From Oligoflexus sp. (GTDB taxonomy: Bacteria > Bdellovibrionota_B > Oligoflexia > Oligoflexales > Oligoflexaceae), in NCBI GenBank assembly GCA_041736305.1, contig JBGSTX010000334.1:1-64000 (forward strand): DNA of 64,000 bases, in the 5' to 3' direction. Within the stretch, counting starts at the first letter, position 1. Every line of letters starts with the position of its first letter. Shown in pieces: positions 1-10,003 of the stretch. A model generated the notes under the pieces. That model had not been told where the DNA came from and ran no database searches. It was given only the letters and a program-made list of their open reading frames with translations. The translations under genes and the position numbers were made by a program.

Positions 1-1119
1 CTTAGCCTTTGCAAATTCCAAATCGACCAAAAGCAGCCTGACAAACTCAGTCTTGTCAACGCCGCTTCCTTGCTCTATCCAGAGCTCCCCCTTCTTCTCA
101 AAACTCTTTCCGTCGATCAGAGCAGAAAGCGCTTCCGTAGAATTAAAACTAAACATCGCACGGGACTGAAAATCCTGGGGTGATTTCTTGAGTTCATTGA
201 GAATCTTTTTATCGAGAGTCGCAAACCCTTCCTTTTGCTGTGGTAGTTTGACGTACACAACCCCATTGTTCTCGATAAAACGATAGCTGCGCTCGGCTCC
301 CTCAAGCGGTGTTAGAGTCAGCAATGCCAAGGTCCGCGTTTCCTTGTTGCTGGCGCTCAGAGCCTTACTGAGTTCAGGGGAGGGCTGATCCAAAAAGCGC
401 TCGACCTTGAGCTGATCTAGTTGGCCAAGAAAGCGATTCACCTCCTCGTTATCAGCCTTCAAACCGTTAAGGCCATCAAACTTCCAGTCTTGACCCTCTT
501 TCTGGAGACTAAAGGGAGCTTGATTCCCGTATTGATAGCTTAAGCTTCTCAAGTTCTGGGGATTGGGTAGATCGAAGGTTTTGTCACGGAGATCATAAAG
601 TTCTTTATTGCTAGCTGTATAAGCGTACTGACTCACGAGGTAGATCGGCGCCTTGCCTTCAACTCGCAGGTAGTTACTATACCCTACAGGACTTTTATCC
701 CCGATCTTCAACTCGGTTTTCTGGCCATCCGCTCCAGTTAAACCCACTATGATCCTAGGTTCAGCAAGTCCATAGTCCTTGAGTTTATCCGTACTCGCTT
801 CGAAGCTTTTTTCGAAACTCAAATCACTCAAGGTCTTCAGCCAGCTATCGATAGCTTCAACATCGGCTCCGTAGTCCACCGGTGATTTGATCCTCCACTC
901 TCCATCCTGCTTCGACAAGCTTACCTTTAAGCTAGGAGCCCCTTCGATGCGCTTCTCGAAATCTATCGCTTGGACATCGGTGGCTTTGAGATCAAGTAGC
1001 TTGCTCTGCGCAGTTTTCTCTTTCTCGTCTTTCTTAGTTTGCCACTCATCCCAATAAGCAAGTCCGGCCAAGACAAAGAGCACAAGAAGAAATAGGAGAG
1101 GCTTCTTGAAATTTCTCAT
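1..1119 (-). CDS. DUF4340-like periplasmic protein of the Gld-type ABC operon (3' end truncated by the window edge)
   Basis: Not in the ORF track. ATG at 1119 overlaps the TGA of the gldG-like gene (ATGA). Translates MRNFKKPLLFLLVLFVLAGLAYWDEW...W.IKSPVDYGAD...YGLAEP...LKIGDKSPVG..YLRVEG and reads open to position 1. This is the usual position after gldG homologues. Confidence 0.8.
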   Translation of the reverse strand, partial: MRNFKKPLLFLLVLFVLAGLAYWDEWQTKKDEKEKTAQSKLLDLKATDVQAIDFEKRIEGAPSLKVSLSKQDGEWRIKSPVDYGADVEAIDSWLKTLSDLSFEKSFEASTDKLKDYGLAEPRIIVGLTGADGQKTELKIGDKSPVGYSNYLRVEGKAPIYLVSQYAYTASNKELYDLRDKTFDLPNPQNLRSLSYQYGNQAPFSLQKEGQDWKFDGLNGLKADNEEVNRFLGQLDQLKVERFLDQPSPELSKALSASNKETRTLALLTLTPLEGAERSYRFIENNGVVYVKLPQQKEGFATLDKKILNELKKSPQDFQSRAMFSFNSTEALSALIDGKSFEKKGELWIEQGSGVDKTEFVRLLLVDLEFAKAK

Positions 1120-2750
1120 GCCACTCTCCTACGCATCCAATAGAATATGCCACCCCCGAGAAAGACTAAAGGATAGACCCATGTCATTCCAAACATGAGG
1201 AACTGACTTGTGGCTGAGGTCAAATCCAGCGTGTTTTTGCCGCTATCTTTGGCACGAATAGAAATGAAGTCCTCATCTTGCAAAAGATAGTTAACAGCAT
1301 TCATAAAGAGATCGAGGTTTTCTCCCCTTTGCACACCCAGATTGCTCGCCAGTTTTGACGAACCGCTGACAAAAACTCTCAGTTCCTTAGAACTTCGACC
1401 AGTGGCATCGCCTTTAACGTCCGCATCCTTCACTTTTTGATCGCCCTCCGAGCTAGCAAGCTTGTCGCCACCAACTTGCCCCGTAGAGCTTGCAAACACA
1501 TCAAAGCGGCCGGTAGCGATTCGATTTTCGTCGATTCCTCCTTTGAGATCAGCCTCCGTCTTCACGTTGACTATCTTGAAGATGATTTCTGATGTTTTGC
1601 CCAGACCCACAGGCTTCATATTAAAAGTGTTTTCGGTCAGCAGTTCGAGCGAGCGCGAGTTTGGCGTCATAAGAGCTACCCCTCCGCGCTTGACAAATTC
1701 AGCCGTAACAGGCGATTGCGTATCGAACTCAGTAACTATTGCATTATTCTGGCCCAAGACTTTCGCCCTCGGGTCATCAGGACGAATGACCAGAAGGTCG
1801 TCGTTCAATTTAATTCCTACTGAGCTCAGCAGGCTGTTGAGCTCGGGGACCTGAACCATCGAGTCGACCAGAGCCATAAATGGCTGGCCTTTCTTCAGAT
1901 ATGCTTCAAGCATGGCTTTTTCTTCGGGACGCAAGTCATACTGAGGTCCTGCCATAATCAAGAGATCAGCGTCATCAGGGACCTTGCCCGTCTCCAGGAG
2001 GCTGATTTGCTTCACGTTGAAGCGCTCGGACTCGAGCTCGGCTTTGGTTGTCGCGTACCCGAGAGCCTCTTGACTATTTAGATCAGCTTCCCCATGCCCG
2101 CTAAGAAAATAGATCGTTTTGTCTTTTTCTTTCATGATGCGAACGAGAGCGTTCGTGAACTTTTCTTCGGTAAATGCCGTTAGGCGGGAATCCTGGTTCT
2201 GATACTTGAAAAGCACGGTATCCGAGGTCGTGATATTTTCGGCAAGGGCCCGAGTGGGGTCGGTTTGGGGGTCGATATACTCCACTTCAAAGCTAGCCCC
2301 TTTCATCTCATACATCGACAGAGTTTTTCGGAATTCAGATTTCTTCTGATCATTCTGAAAAAATGCGAGGACTTTAACTGGATCTTTCTTTTCTTTAAGT
2401 TGGTTTACCAAGTTGATAGATTCGGGAGACAGAGTATTTGCACCCTCACGCGTAACGTCGATACTCTTATTGAAACGCTCACGCTTGCTGAGGAACCCGG
2501 CTCCAACTGCGAGCAAGATTGCTAACAGCACGCTAAGTCCCTGACTCATGCCATGGCGTGAACCTTTGCGCCGAAACATTCTACCCAAGCGAGCGCTGTC
2601 TTTGAAAACCCAGTAGAGAAAACTCAGGCCTGCAATTGAATAGAAAACAAGTCCTACGGCTGGAACAGTTCCGTAGGCATGGGCCGTGGCAAAGCCGATA
2701 ATTAAGGAAAAGACGCTGATGAAGGGCAGAATCAATAAACCGCTTCGCAT
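1116..2750 (-). CDS. GldG-family ABC transporter auxiliary component
   Basis: N-terminal TMs, D.T....NTLS, YIDP, IYFLSGHGE, VPDDADLLIMAGP, NLDLFMNAVNYL, C-terminal TM followed by RRR. Confidence 0.85.
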   Translation of the reverse strand: MRSGLLILPFISVFSLIIGFATAHAYGTVPAVGLVFYSIAGLSFLYWVFKDSARLGRMFRRKGSRHGMSQGLSVLLAILLAVGAGFLSKRERFNKSIDVTREGANTLSPESINLVNQLKEKKDPVKVLAFFQNDQKKSEFRKTLSMYEMKGASFEVEYIDPQTDPTRALAENITTSDTVLFKYQNQDSRLTAFTEEKFTNALVRIMKEKDKTIYFLSGHGEADLNSQEALGYATTKAELESERFNVKQISLLETGKVPDDADLLIMAGPQYDLRPEEKAMLEAYLKKGQPFMALVDSMVQVPELNSLLSSVGIKLNDDLLVIRPDDPRAKVLGQNNAIVTEFDTQSPVTAEFVKRGGVALMTPNSRSLELLTENTFNMKPVGLGKTSEIIFKIVNVKTEADLKGGIDENRIATGRFDVFASSTGQVGGDKLASSEGDQKVKDADVKGDATGRSSKELRVFVSGSSKLASNLGVQRGENLDLFMNAVNYLLQDEDFISIRAKDSGKNTLDLTSATSQFLMFGMTWVYPLVFLGGGIFYWMRRRVA

Positions 2751-2755
2751 CGCTA

Positions 2756-3529
2756 TTACCTCCAGCGCTGAGAGTCAAGGGACACGTTAGTAAAGAAGAG
2801 GAAGAGGCTGATGAAGACCACGAAATAGGTAAGATCGGTGACAGATATCAGGCCATTGAAGAAATTATCGAGATGGGTGGTAGCAGCCATGTACTTGATA
2901 AACTCCTCGACACCCCCTGAACTAGAAATGTTCGGCGCTATCCAAGCCAAGATAAGCAGGAGAAAAAGACCAAAAGCCGTAAAGAGAAAAGCGATAAACT
3001 GATGACTGACCATCGATGAGATCCAGAGCCCAAGAGCTACTTGCGAGCACATTAAAAGAAAAATTCCCAGGTATGAACTCAGGATCGGCCCTGGATCGGG
3101 GTTACCGTATTTAAAAAGATAGAAGGGAAAAACCCAAGACGCCAAGAGCACTAAACCCAGGATACCCGCAGCTGAGAAAAACTTACCTAAAACGACCTGC
3201 ATCGTACTTACGGGCGCTGTCATCAGCAGTCGATCGACCTGGGTTTTTCTTTCTTCTGCGAAAGACGACATGGTCACGGCGGGCACGACAAAGAGCAGGA
3301 TAAAATGCATATTCTGAAAAATTGCGGTGAGGAGCTGGCTCAGCTTCGGCGCTTCGCCCCCATACTGAGAGGCCTGCTCCTGCATCTGCAGATAAGACTC
3401 GCAGAAAGACTGAAAGAACAGGCCCATAAACATCAATAAAAAGAAGAAGGTAACGGCACCTTTTAGCGATGCGAAGTAAGCTTTTAAATCTCTCATAGCT
3501 ATGGTCAGTACGGCGCTCATTAGCGGCAC
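2756..3529 (-). CDS. GldF-like ABC-2 permease
   Basis: Multi-TM protein with P.VTMSSFAEER...LLMTAPVS...VVLGKF and a C-terminal RWR. Confidence 0.88.
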   Translation of the reverse strand: MPLMSAVLTIAMRDLKAYFASLKGAVTFFFLLMFMGLFFQSFCESYLQMQEQASQYGGEAPKLSQLLTAIFQNMHFILLFVVPAVTMSSFAEERKTQVDRLLMTAPVSTMQVVLGKFFSAAGILGLVLLASWVFPFYLFKYGNPDPGPILSSYLGIFLLMCSQVALGLWISSMVSHQFIAFLFTAFGLFLLLILAWIAPNISSSGGVEEFIKYMAATTHLDNFFNGLISVTDLTYFVVFISLFLFFTNVSLDSQRWR

Positions 3530-3547
3530 TCCTTATTGAGATTCAGA

Positions 3548-4477
3548 TTAACGCGTTAGCTGGAAGAAGACGTCTTCGAGTTTCTTCGACTTAAGAGCAA
3601 GCTCCTGCAGTCCATATCCTCCATCTAAAACCTCTCGGGCAACCCGGTCCAGATCCTGATCCTGGTCACGAGTCCGGAAGGAAATGAATTCTTCTCTGCC
3701 ACCTTCGCTTGCTATAAGCGAAACATCGACCAGACTGGTATAAGTTCGCAGCTTTTCAACGAGAGAGCTGGCTCCCTGCCGGACTTTGAGCTGAAACTGA
3801 CGCCCTGACTCGAGGCGACCGACTAGTTCCTGATGGGTACCCTGTTCGACGATACGCCCCTTGTCAACGATCACCAACTGATCGCAGATCGATTCGACTT
3901 CAGAGAGGATATGTGACGAAAAGAGGATCGTATGCTGACCCTTTAGGGAGCGAATCAGCTGACGGATCTGTAGAATCTGATTGGGGTCAAGGCCTTCAGT
4001 CGGCTCGTCGAGGATGAGCACATCGGGATCATGAATCAAAGCCTGGGCCAGGCCTACACGCTGCTTATAACCCTTTGATAGTTGCCCGATCAGACGCCCC
4101 CGCATCTCGCCTAACTCAAGCTGCTCGAAGGTACGATTCATGCGCTTCTTGAGATCAGCCCCTTTGAGGCCATGCAGGCTTCCTACGTAACGGAGATATT
4201 CTTCGACTTTCATTTCTTTGTGGAGGGGAGGTTCGTCAGGGAGGTAACCGATTCGCTTTTTCACCTCGATAGGCTGTTCAGAGATTTCGTAGCCTCCGAT
4301 TTTTGCGGTCCCTGCATCGGCGCCGATGCACCCGCAAAGAATGTCCATCGTCGTGGTTTTCCCAGCTCCGTTAGCTCCCAAAAAGCCAACTACTTGGCCT
4401 TTTTCCACGCGGAAAGAGATGTCATTCAAAGCGCAGACGTTTCCATAGGTTTTTCGTAAACCAACGACTTCAATCAT
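3548..4477 (-). CDS. GldA-like ABC transporter ATP-binding protein
   Basis: Walker A GANGAGKTT, signature LSKGYKQRVGLAQA, Walker B LILDEPT. Confidence 0.92.
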   Translation of the reverse strand: MIEVVGLRKTYGNVCALNDISFRVEKGQVVGFLGANGAGKTTTMDILCGCIGADAGTAKIGGYEISEQPIEVKKRIGYLPDEPPLHKEMKVEEYLRYVGSLHGLKGADLKKRMNRTFEQLELGEMRGRLIGQLSKGYKQRVGLAQALIHDPDVLILDEPTEGLDPNQILQIRQLIRSLKGQHTILFSSHILSEVESICDQLVIVDKGRIVEQGTHQELVGRLESGRQFQLKVRQGASSLVEKLRTYTSLVDVSLIASEGGREEFISFRTRDQDQDLDRVAREVLDGGYGLQELALKSKKLEDVFFQLTR

Positions 4478-4527
4478 TCGGTCTCTCCCGAGATGTTCTC
4501 AAGCCCAAAACATTCCACAGAAAATGT

Positions 4528-4555
4528 ATTTTAATCTGCAAAGTCAGTAAGTCAA
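4528..4555 (-). promoter_or_regulatory. Putative sigma70 promoter of the ABC operon
   Basis: TTGACT-N16-TAAAAT on the minus strand, about 50 nt upstream of the ATG at 4477. Confidence 0.5.
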
Positions 4556-4776
4556 GAATAGGAACTCAACACAAAATTAGCAGCTACCGCCAAAGCCATG
4601 AGGGACAAGCCTAAGCTGTTAAAGGTGGCCACTGACCCTAAAAGTAGCAAGTACCTCACTTGCCAAAAAAATTTTTCGTATTCGATACTTCCCGAGGAAA
4701 ACAGAAATTGCTACTATAGTTTTTTGGATGGACTCATCTTAGCTGCGACCTTGCTATGGCAACTGGAGGTGTCGAA

Positions 4777-5106
4777 ATGGCGACTTTGACCAAGGACGTC
4801 TTGGTAGAACTTATCCGCGACAAAATCGGCTTTCCTGTCAAAGAGGCCAAAGAGATTCTCGAGATTATTTTGGAAGAAGTGAAACTTCGGCTGGAAGACG
4901 GCAAAGACGTAAAGATTTCAGGTTTTGGCAAATGGACAGTGAAAGAGAAGCGCTCTCGTCCTGGCCGCAACCCCCATACCGGCGAAAAAATCGAAATATC
5001 GGCCCGCCGCGTTGTGACATTTCACCCTTCCGACAAAATGCGGGACCAAGTCAATCGCGAGTATGCTGCTGCTGAAATGGCCCGCGAAGCTCGCGGCGAG
5101 TCCTGA
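4777..5106 (+). CDS. ihfA: Integration host factor alpha subunit
   Basis: LTK..L...VKISGFG...K..RPGRNPHTGE..EISARRVVTF.PS; GGAGGT RBS at 4765-4770. Confidence 0.88.
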   Translation: MATLTKDVLVELIRDKIGFPVKEAKEILEIILEEVKLRLEDGKDVKISGFGKWTVKEKRSRPGRNPHTGEKIEISARRVVTFHPSDKMRDQVNREYAAAEMAREARGES

Positions 5107-5221
5107 TTTTTTCCTAAAATTCTCACTGCGGGTTTCTTCGCCCGCAGGCTTCCCCCTTCTGCCTAGAAGCCTTTTCAAAAATGGGATATCAAAGGTCTCT
5201 AAGCAAAGGAGCGTGAAACCT

Positions 5222-5824
5222 ATGCGTCTAACTCGCATTTATACCAAAATCGGCGATCAAGGCACTACGATGCTGGCATCGGGCGAAAAAGTCTCAAAAT
5301 CTGCTCAGCGGATTGAGGCCTATGGGACTGTGGACGAACTGAATTCCTGGGTTGGCTTCCTGCGCGACCAGGTCCGCATTGAGGAAGCATTTGCCAACCA
5401 TTGGTTGGATGGGAGCCTGGCTCGCATTCAGAATCAACTTTTTGATCTTGGCAGCGAACTGGCGACACCGACTGAGCATCTGAAGCCTGAGAGACAAGCG
5501 CTGATCGCTACTCATGACATTGAGACTCTTGAACGTGAAATGGATCTTTGCCAAGAGACCCTTCCCCCGCTGGCCAATTTCGTGCTTCCTGGCGGGCACA
5601 GCAGCAATTCACTGGCACATCTCGCTCGCACCGTTTGTCGAAGGGCAGAACGCGAAGTCGTTAGATTGAGGCAGGAAGAGCCAGCAGTGCGCCTAGAGAC
5701 GCAAATTTTCCTCAATCGCTTGAGCGACTGGTTTTTTGTGATCAGCCGCCTCCTTAGCCAGAAGCTGAAATGCCCCGAGGTTCTCTGGCAGCAGAGAAAG
5801 CCAATCGCACCCCCCCAGGCTTAA
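5222..5824 (+). CDS. PduO-type ATP:cob(I)alamin adenosyltransferase
   Basis: RIYTKIGDQGTT, YGTVDELNS, IQNQLFDLGSELATP, FVLPGG, ARTVCRRAER, LNRLSD; start placed at MRLTRIYTK. Confidence 0.92.
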   Translation: MRLTRIYTKIGDQGTTMLASGEKVSKSAQRIEAYGTVDELNSWVGFLRDQVRIEEAFANHWLDGSLARIQNQLFDLGSELATPTEHLKPERQALIATHDIETLEREMDLCQETLPPLANFVLPGGHSSNSLAHLARTVCRRAEREVVRLRQEEPAVRLETQIFLNRLSDWFFVISRLLSQKLKCPEVLWQQRKPIAPPQA

Positions 5825-5909
5825 GCGACCAGACAGCAGAAGAGCCCTTTGCGTGACTTACGAGATCCGATACAATCGTAGGTCTGCTCTCGCCTTATGA
5901 AAGGGCCCT

Positions 5910-6344
5910 ATGCTCACCGACCAAATCAATAATCTCGCATCGAGGTTCTCGGCATTTAGCAAAAAGGTTCGGGTACAGAATCTCGGCCCCTATGCGGCCA
6001 TCTTGGTCTGGGCGACAGCCTTTTATTTCAGCACCCACGATGCTGCTCGCTCGATAATCGCGACTGGAGATCTCTGGCTTAGCCAGAAATGGGCTGGAAT
6101 TTTAACAGGCGAAATGCAGCCAATCGACCAGCAGCGAGCGATTCAGCGTCACTATTTATCTTATGGAGTTTATATTCCTATCGATGATATCGTAGTGGAT
6201 GCAAGTCAACCGACGCTCGAGTCTGATCAGACTTTATTTCAGACTGTCTGTGGTAAGGGACGCGCTTATATTTGGGTGCCCCTACACTTTCAACTTCCGG
6301 TCTTTGGAGAAAAGGTCGTCGAATGGTGTTTAGTGAAAGCATAG
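5910..6344 (+). CDS. Hypothetical membrane-anchored protein
   Basis: 144-aa ORF with one hydrophobic segment, co-oriented with its neighbours. Confidence 0.6.
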   Translation: MLTDQINNLASRFSAFSKKVRVQNLGPYAAILVWATAFYFSTHDAARSIIATGDLWLSQKWAGILTGEMQPIDQQRAIQRHYLSYGVYIPIDDIVVDASQPTLESDQTLFQTVCGKGRAYIWVPLHFQLPVFGEKVVEWCLVKA

Positions 6345-7054
6345 AAACAGCGGATTCAGAGGGAATTTTACATTCCTCTCCCAGCATGGCTCTAGCAGTT
6401 GATCTCCACGTTGGGGGGGCCTATCACTCGCCGGTCGATGTATTTTTAGAAGATCTGATAGCTTGGGCTGTTCGACGCTGCGGTATCGAAGAGTTCGTGA
6501 AAGCCAAAGAAGAATTCTTTCAGCTTACGGGCAAGGTGTTTTACGACGACGAAACCTATCATAGCCGTATGCACTATTTCCTGGAATATTTTCTCTTTGA
6601 GCGCACCTTCAATAGCAGCGGACGCCTCCGAGTTGGCGCTACTCCTTTTGAAGCCTTCTTGGAATCGTCGGCCGAGACGGTCATCAGCGGCTTCACCCAT
6701 TCACTTTTTGCAGTGATCCGCATACAAAATCAGGCCCTTACTCTCAAAGATATCTTTTCAGCTCATAAGTACAGGATCCAAAAGCAGAGTGAAGAGCTTT
6801 TTAAGGGAATTTCCAAAGGCGACATTTTCCAGGGCTTCGTCTTTCACCTGGAAGAGCATTCAGTCCTGAGCCGAGGTCTGATTTTCCATCCGGCGCGAGC
6901 TCATCGTCTTCTCAAGAAGTCTATCAAAGAAGAAAAAAATCGCGGATTTTGGAATCCCAACCAAATGCTCGCCAAACTAGCCAGGCAGCAACTTAAGCTC
7001 GCAAGGCTAAAGCACGTCGACCCAAAACTCGTCTATATGGATTCAAGTGGATAA
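6323..7054 (+). CDS. Hypothetical protein
   Basis: Long ORF (AKEEFFQLTG, YFLFER); start uncertain (6323 or 6386). Confidence 0.65.
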   Translation: MVFSESIETADSEGILHSSPSMALAVDLHVGGAYHSPVDVFLEDLIAWAVRRCGIEEFVKAKEEFFQLTGKVFYDDETYHSRMHYFLEYFLFERTFNSSGRLRVGATPFEAFLESSAETVISGFTHSLFAVIRIQNQALTLKDIFSAHKYRIQKQSEELFKGISKGDIFQGFVFHLEEHSVLSRGLIFHPARAHRLLKKSIKEEKNRGFWNPNQMLAKLARQQLKLARLKHVDPKLVYMDSSG

Positions 7055-7086
7055 CGCTCGCATTTAGCCTGCCTCCATTCTTTCCT

Positions 7087-7113
7087 TAAAGTCACAATTG
7101 GAACTGCCGATAA
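7087..7113 (+). promoter_or_regulatory. Sigma28 (FliA)-type promoter of pilB-pilT-pilC
   Basis: Exact consensus TAAA-N15-GCCGATAA, 37 nt before the pilB ATG. Confidence 0.7.
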
Positions 7114-7150
7114 GGTTCCAGTTGCCAATTGACTTTAGCACGGAAAGCCT

Positions 7151-8881
7151 ATGATTCAGCAGTTCAACGAAACGGTGCTTAAGAATCTCAATGTTGACCC
7201 TAAGGTCATGCTTGATGCTGAAACTTTGGCACGGCAGAAATCTATTCTCCTAGTCCATGCATTAATTCGACTCAAAGCCAGCGATTCGACGAAGCTGCTT
7301 ACTGCTTGGGCCCAGGCCTTTCACCTGAAGATCGCTGATCTCGATTCGATGGATATTCCGAATGACATTATTAATCTCATACCTGATCAATTGGCGAAGC
7401 AGGCACGGGCAATTCCCATCGATCGTGTCGGTAACAACATCATCGTTGCCGTTGAGAATCCACAGGACCTCCACACCGTCAACCTTTTGCAGCTGAAGAC
7501 GGGTTATCTTCTTAAAACGGTACTAGCTAGCGAAGAAAAGATTAGCAATGCTTTATCCCGGTATTACGGTCATAAAAACTTGGATATGGACCGTTTTAAT
7601 CGCCCGGGCACAACCCAGACCAAGGCTAAGTTGCCCGAACAACGGCTGGTCATTACTTCCGATAACGCCTCTACTTCTGAAGATGCTCCGATCAATTCGC
7701 TCGTCGATAGCGTAATTCGTGCCTGTGTTGAGCGCGGCGCTTCAGATATTCACGTCGAGCCATACGAGTCTTATATGCGGATAAGACTTAGAATTGACGG
7801 AACTCTGCAAGAAATTGCCCGTCCACCAGGAACTATGCGAGCAGCGATTGCTTCGCGTTTCAAAGTTATGGCAGGCATGAAAATAGAAGAGAAACGGCTG
7901 CCTCAGGATGGCAATATTAATGTCGTCATCGATTCCCGGCCGATAGATTTTCGTATCAACACGCTACCTACAGTTCACGGCGAGAAGGTCGTACTTCGTA
8001 TTCTTGACAAGTCGAGTCTTCAAGTTGACATGACCAAGCTCGGTTTCGAAGCCGATGATCTTAAACGCTTCAAAGGAGCTATACATAATCCTTATGGAAT
8101 GGTTCTTGTCACTGGTCCCACAGGTTCCGGCAAAACCACCACACTCTATTCGGCGCTCGCTGAATTGAATCAGGTTAGTGACAATATCATCACCGCTGAG
8201 GACCCCGTTGAATTCACCCTCGAAGGTATCAACCAAGTCCACGTTCGCCCAGATTTCGGACTCACGTTCGCAGATGCTCTCAAGGCCTTTCTTCGGCAAG
8301 ATCCTGACGTCATCATGGTGGGTGAGATTCGCGATAAAGAAACAGGAGAAATTGCTATTAAGGCAGCTCTCACTGGTCACATGGTTCTCTCGACCTTGCA
8401 CACAAATAGCGCTGCCGACACTATTATACGACTTCAGAACATGGGCCTCGAATCGTTCAACTTGGTATCTGCTCTTCAAGCGGTTGTAGCTCAGCGACTG
8501 GCTCGCCGTGTCTGCGCCAGCTGTCGCGTCCACGACACTACAATCAGGCCAGAGGATCTCATTAGCCTAGGAGTAGATCCTACGACGGCGGCACAGGCCA
8601 AAGTCTACAAGGGGGCTGGGTGCCATGTCTGTATGCAGAGCGGTTATAAAGGTCGTACCGCAGTCCATGAGGTCATGGTGATTAACGACGAAATTCGTAA
8701 AGCTATCATGGACGGCGCACCTTCGATGGAGCTCAAACGCATCGGAATGAAAACTGGAATGCGCACTCTACGGCAGAATGCCCTAATCAAAATGCTTCGA
8801 GGCGAAACCGATCCTTTGGAAGTTGTCAGCGTAACGTCGTCGGATGAAACAAGCCATCTCGCAGGCCAATCAGCAGCTTAA
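7151..8881 (+). CDS. pilB: Type IV pilus assembly ATPase PilB
   Basis: ASDIHVEP, RLPQDG, GPTGSGKTTTLY, TAEDPVE, LRQDPDVIMVGEIRD, GHMVLSTLHTN, tetra-Cys Zn motif. Confidence 0.93.
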   Translation: MIQQFNETVLKNLNVDPKVMLDAETLARQKSILLVHALIRLKASDSTKLLTAWAQAFHLKIADLDSMDIPNDIINLIPDQLAKQARAIPIDRVGNNIIVAVENPQDLHTVNLLQLKTGYLLKTVLASEEKISNALSRYYGHKNLDMDRFNRPGTTQTKAKLPEQRLVITSDNASTSEDAPINSLVDSVIRACVERGASDIHVEPYESYMRIRLRIDGTLQEIARPPGTMRAAIASRFKVMAGMKIEEKRLPQDGNINVVIDSRPIDFRINTLPTVHGEKVVLRILDKSSLQVDMTKLGFEADDLKRFKGAIHNPYGMVLVTGPTGSGKTTTLYSALAELNQVSDNIITAEDPVEFTLEGINQVHVRPDFGLTFADALKAFLRQDPDVIMVGEIRDKETGEIAIKAALTGHMVLSTLHTNSAADTIIRLQNMGLESFNLVSALQAVVAQRLARRVCASCRVHDTTIRPEDLISLGVDPTTAAQAKVYKGAGCHVCMQSGYKGRTAVHEVMVINDEIRKAIMDGAPSMELKRIGMKTGMRTLRQNALIKMLRGETDPLEVVSVTSSDETSHLAGQSAA

Positions 8882-8899
8882 CGGTTTTGAGGAGCTTCC

Positions 8900-9991
8900 A
8901 TGGATTATTCAATGCCCCAGCTTTTTCGGGCGCTGGTTCAGCAGAAAGCCAGTGACCTTCACATTACTGTCGGTTCGCCGCCTCGTCTGCGGATCGACGG
9001 ACAGATTGTACCGCTCAATTTACCTCCCCTCAACTCTCAGCAATCAATGGAGCTGTGTTACAGCGTGCTGACCGAAGCTCAGAAGAAACACTTCGAGATT
9101 AGGAAGGAGGTCGATCTCTCGTTTTCGATCCCTAACATCGCCCGCTTCCGCGCAAATATTTACTATCAACAGGGCGCTATCTCAGGCTCCTTCCGGGTCA
9201 TTGCTCATCAAATTGTTGGATTGGATAACCTTGGAACTCCCCCCATCGTCAAAAAACTATGTGAGCTGTCTCGAGGATTGGTCCTCGTTACAGGACCCAC
9301 TGGTTCAGGCAAATCGAGTACGCTGGCGGCCATGCTCGACCATATCAATGAAAATCGTCATGATCACATCGTAACTATCGAAGACCCGATTGAATACGTT
9401 CATAGCCATAAAAACTGCATCATTAACCAGCGTGAACTAGGAGAGGATACGCAGTCTTTCTCTGCCGCCTTGAAATCGGTTCTGCGCCAGGATCCTGATG
9501 TGATTCTAATTGGTGAGATGCGGGATCCCGAAACAATTGCAGCAGCTCTCACAATCGCTGAAACAGGCCATCTCGTATTCGGCACTCTGCACACTAACGG
9601 TGCTATCTCGAGTATCAACCGCATGATCGATTCCTTTCCTCCTCATCAGCAGTCCCAGGTTCGAACCCAGCTAACGATGTCTCTAGAAGCCGTACTGTCA
9701 CAGATCCTCATACCCCGCACCAACGGTGGGCGGGTTATGGCTATGGAAATTATGATGATGACTCCTGCAATCCGCGCTCTGGTGTCTGAAGGAAAGATCC
9801 AACAGATCTATTCGAGCATGCAGACCGGACAAGCAGGCAGTGGTATGCAGACATTGAATCAAAGCCTCCTCCATCTTTACCAGCGCAATATAATCGCCAA
9901 GGAAGTCGCGTTTCAGAAAAGCTCTAACCCTGATGAACTTACAGAAATGATGCAGAGTCCAGCGTTGAATCGCTCGGCTCGAGCTCGCTAA
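8900..9991 (+). CDS. pilT: Type IV pilus retraction ATPase PilT
   Basis: ASDLHITVG, GPTGSGKSST, TIEDPIE, AIRALV (AIRNLIRE-like), GMQTL. Confidence 0.93.
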   Translation: MDYSMPQLFRALVQQKASDLHITVGSPPRLRIDGQIVPLNLPPLNSQQSMELCYSVLTEAQKKHFEIRKEVDLSFSIPNIARFRANIYYQQGAISGSFRVIAHQIVGLDNLGTPPIVKKLCELSRGLVLVTGPTGSGKSSTLAAMLDHINENRHDHIVTIEDPIEYVHSHKNCIINQRELGEDTQSFSAALKSVLRQDPDVILIGEMRDPETIAAALTIAETGHLVFGTLHTNGAISSINRMIDSFPPHQQSQVRTQLTMSLEAVLSQILIPRTNGGRVMAMEIMMMTPAIRALVSEGKIQQIYSSMQTGQAGSGMQTLNQSLLHLYQRNIIAKEVAFQKSSNPDELTEMMQSPALNRSARAR

Positions 9992-10003
9992 GGGTGTTAA
10001 CCG

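Noticed and set aside
117-305. 62-aa ORF in the track
   Set aside because: It is an alternative frame inside the longer DUF4340-like CDS (1-1119).
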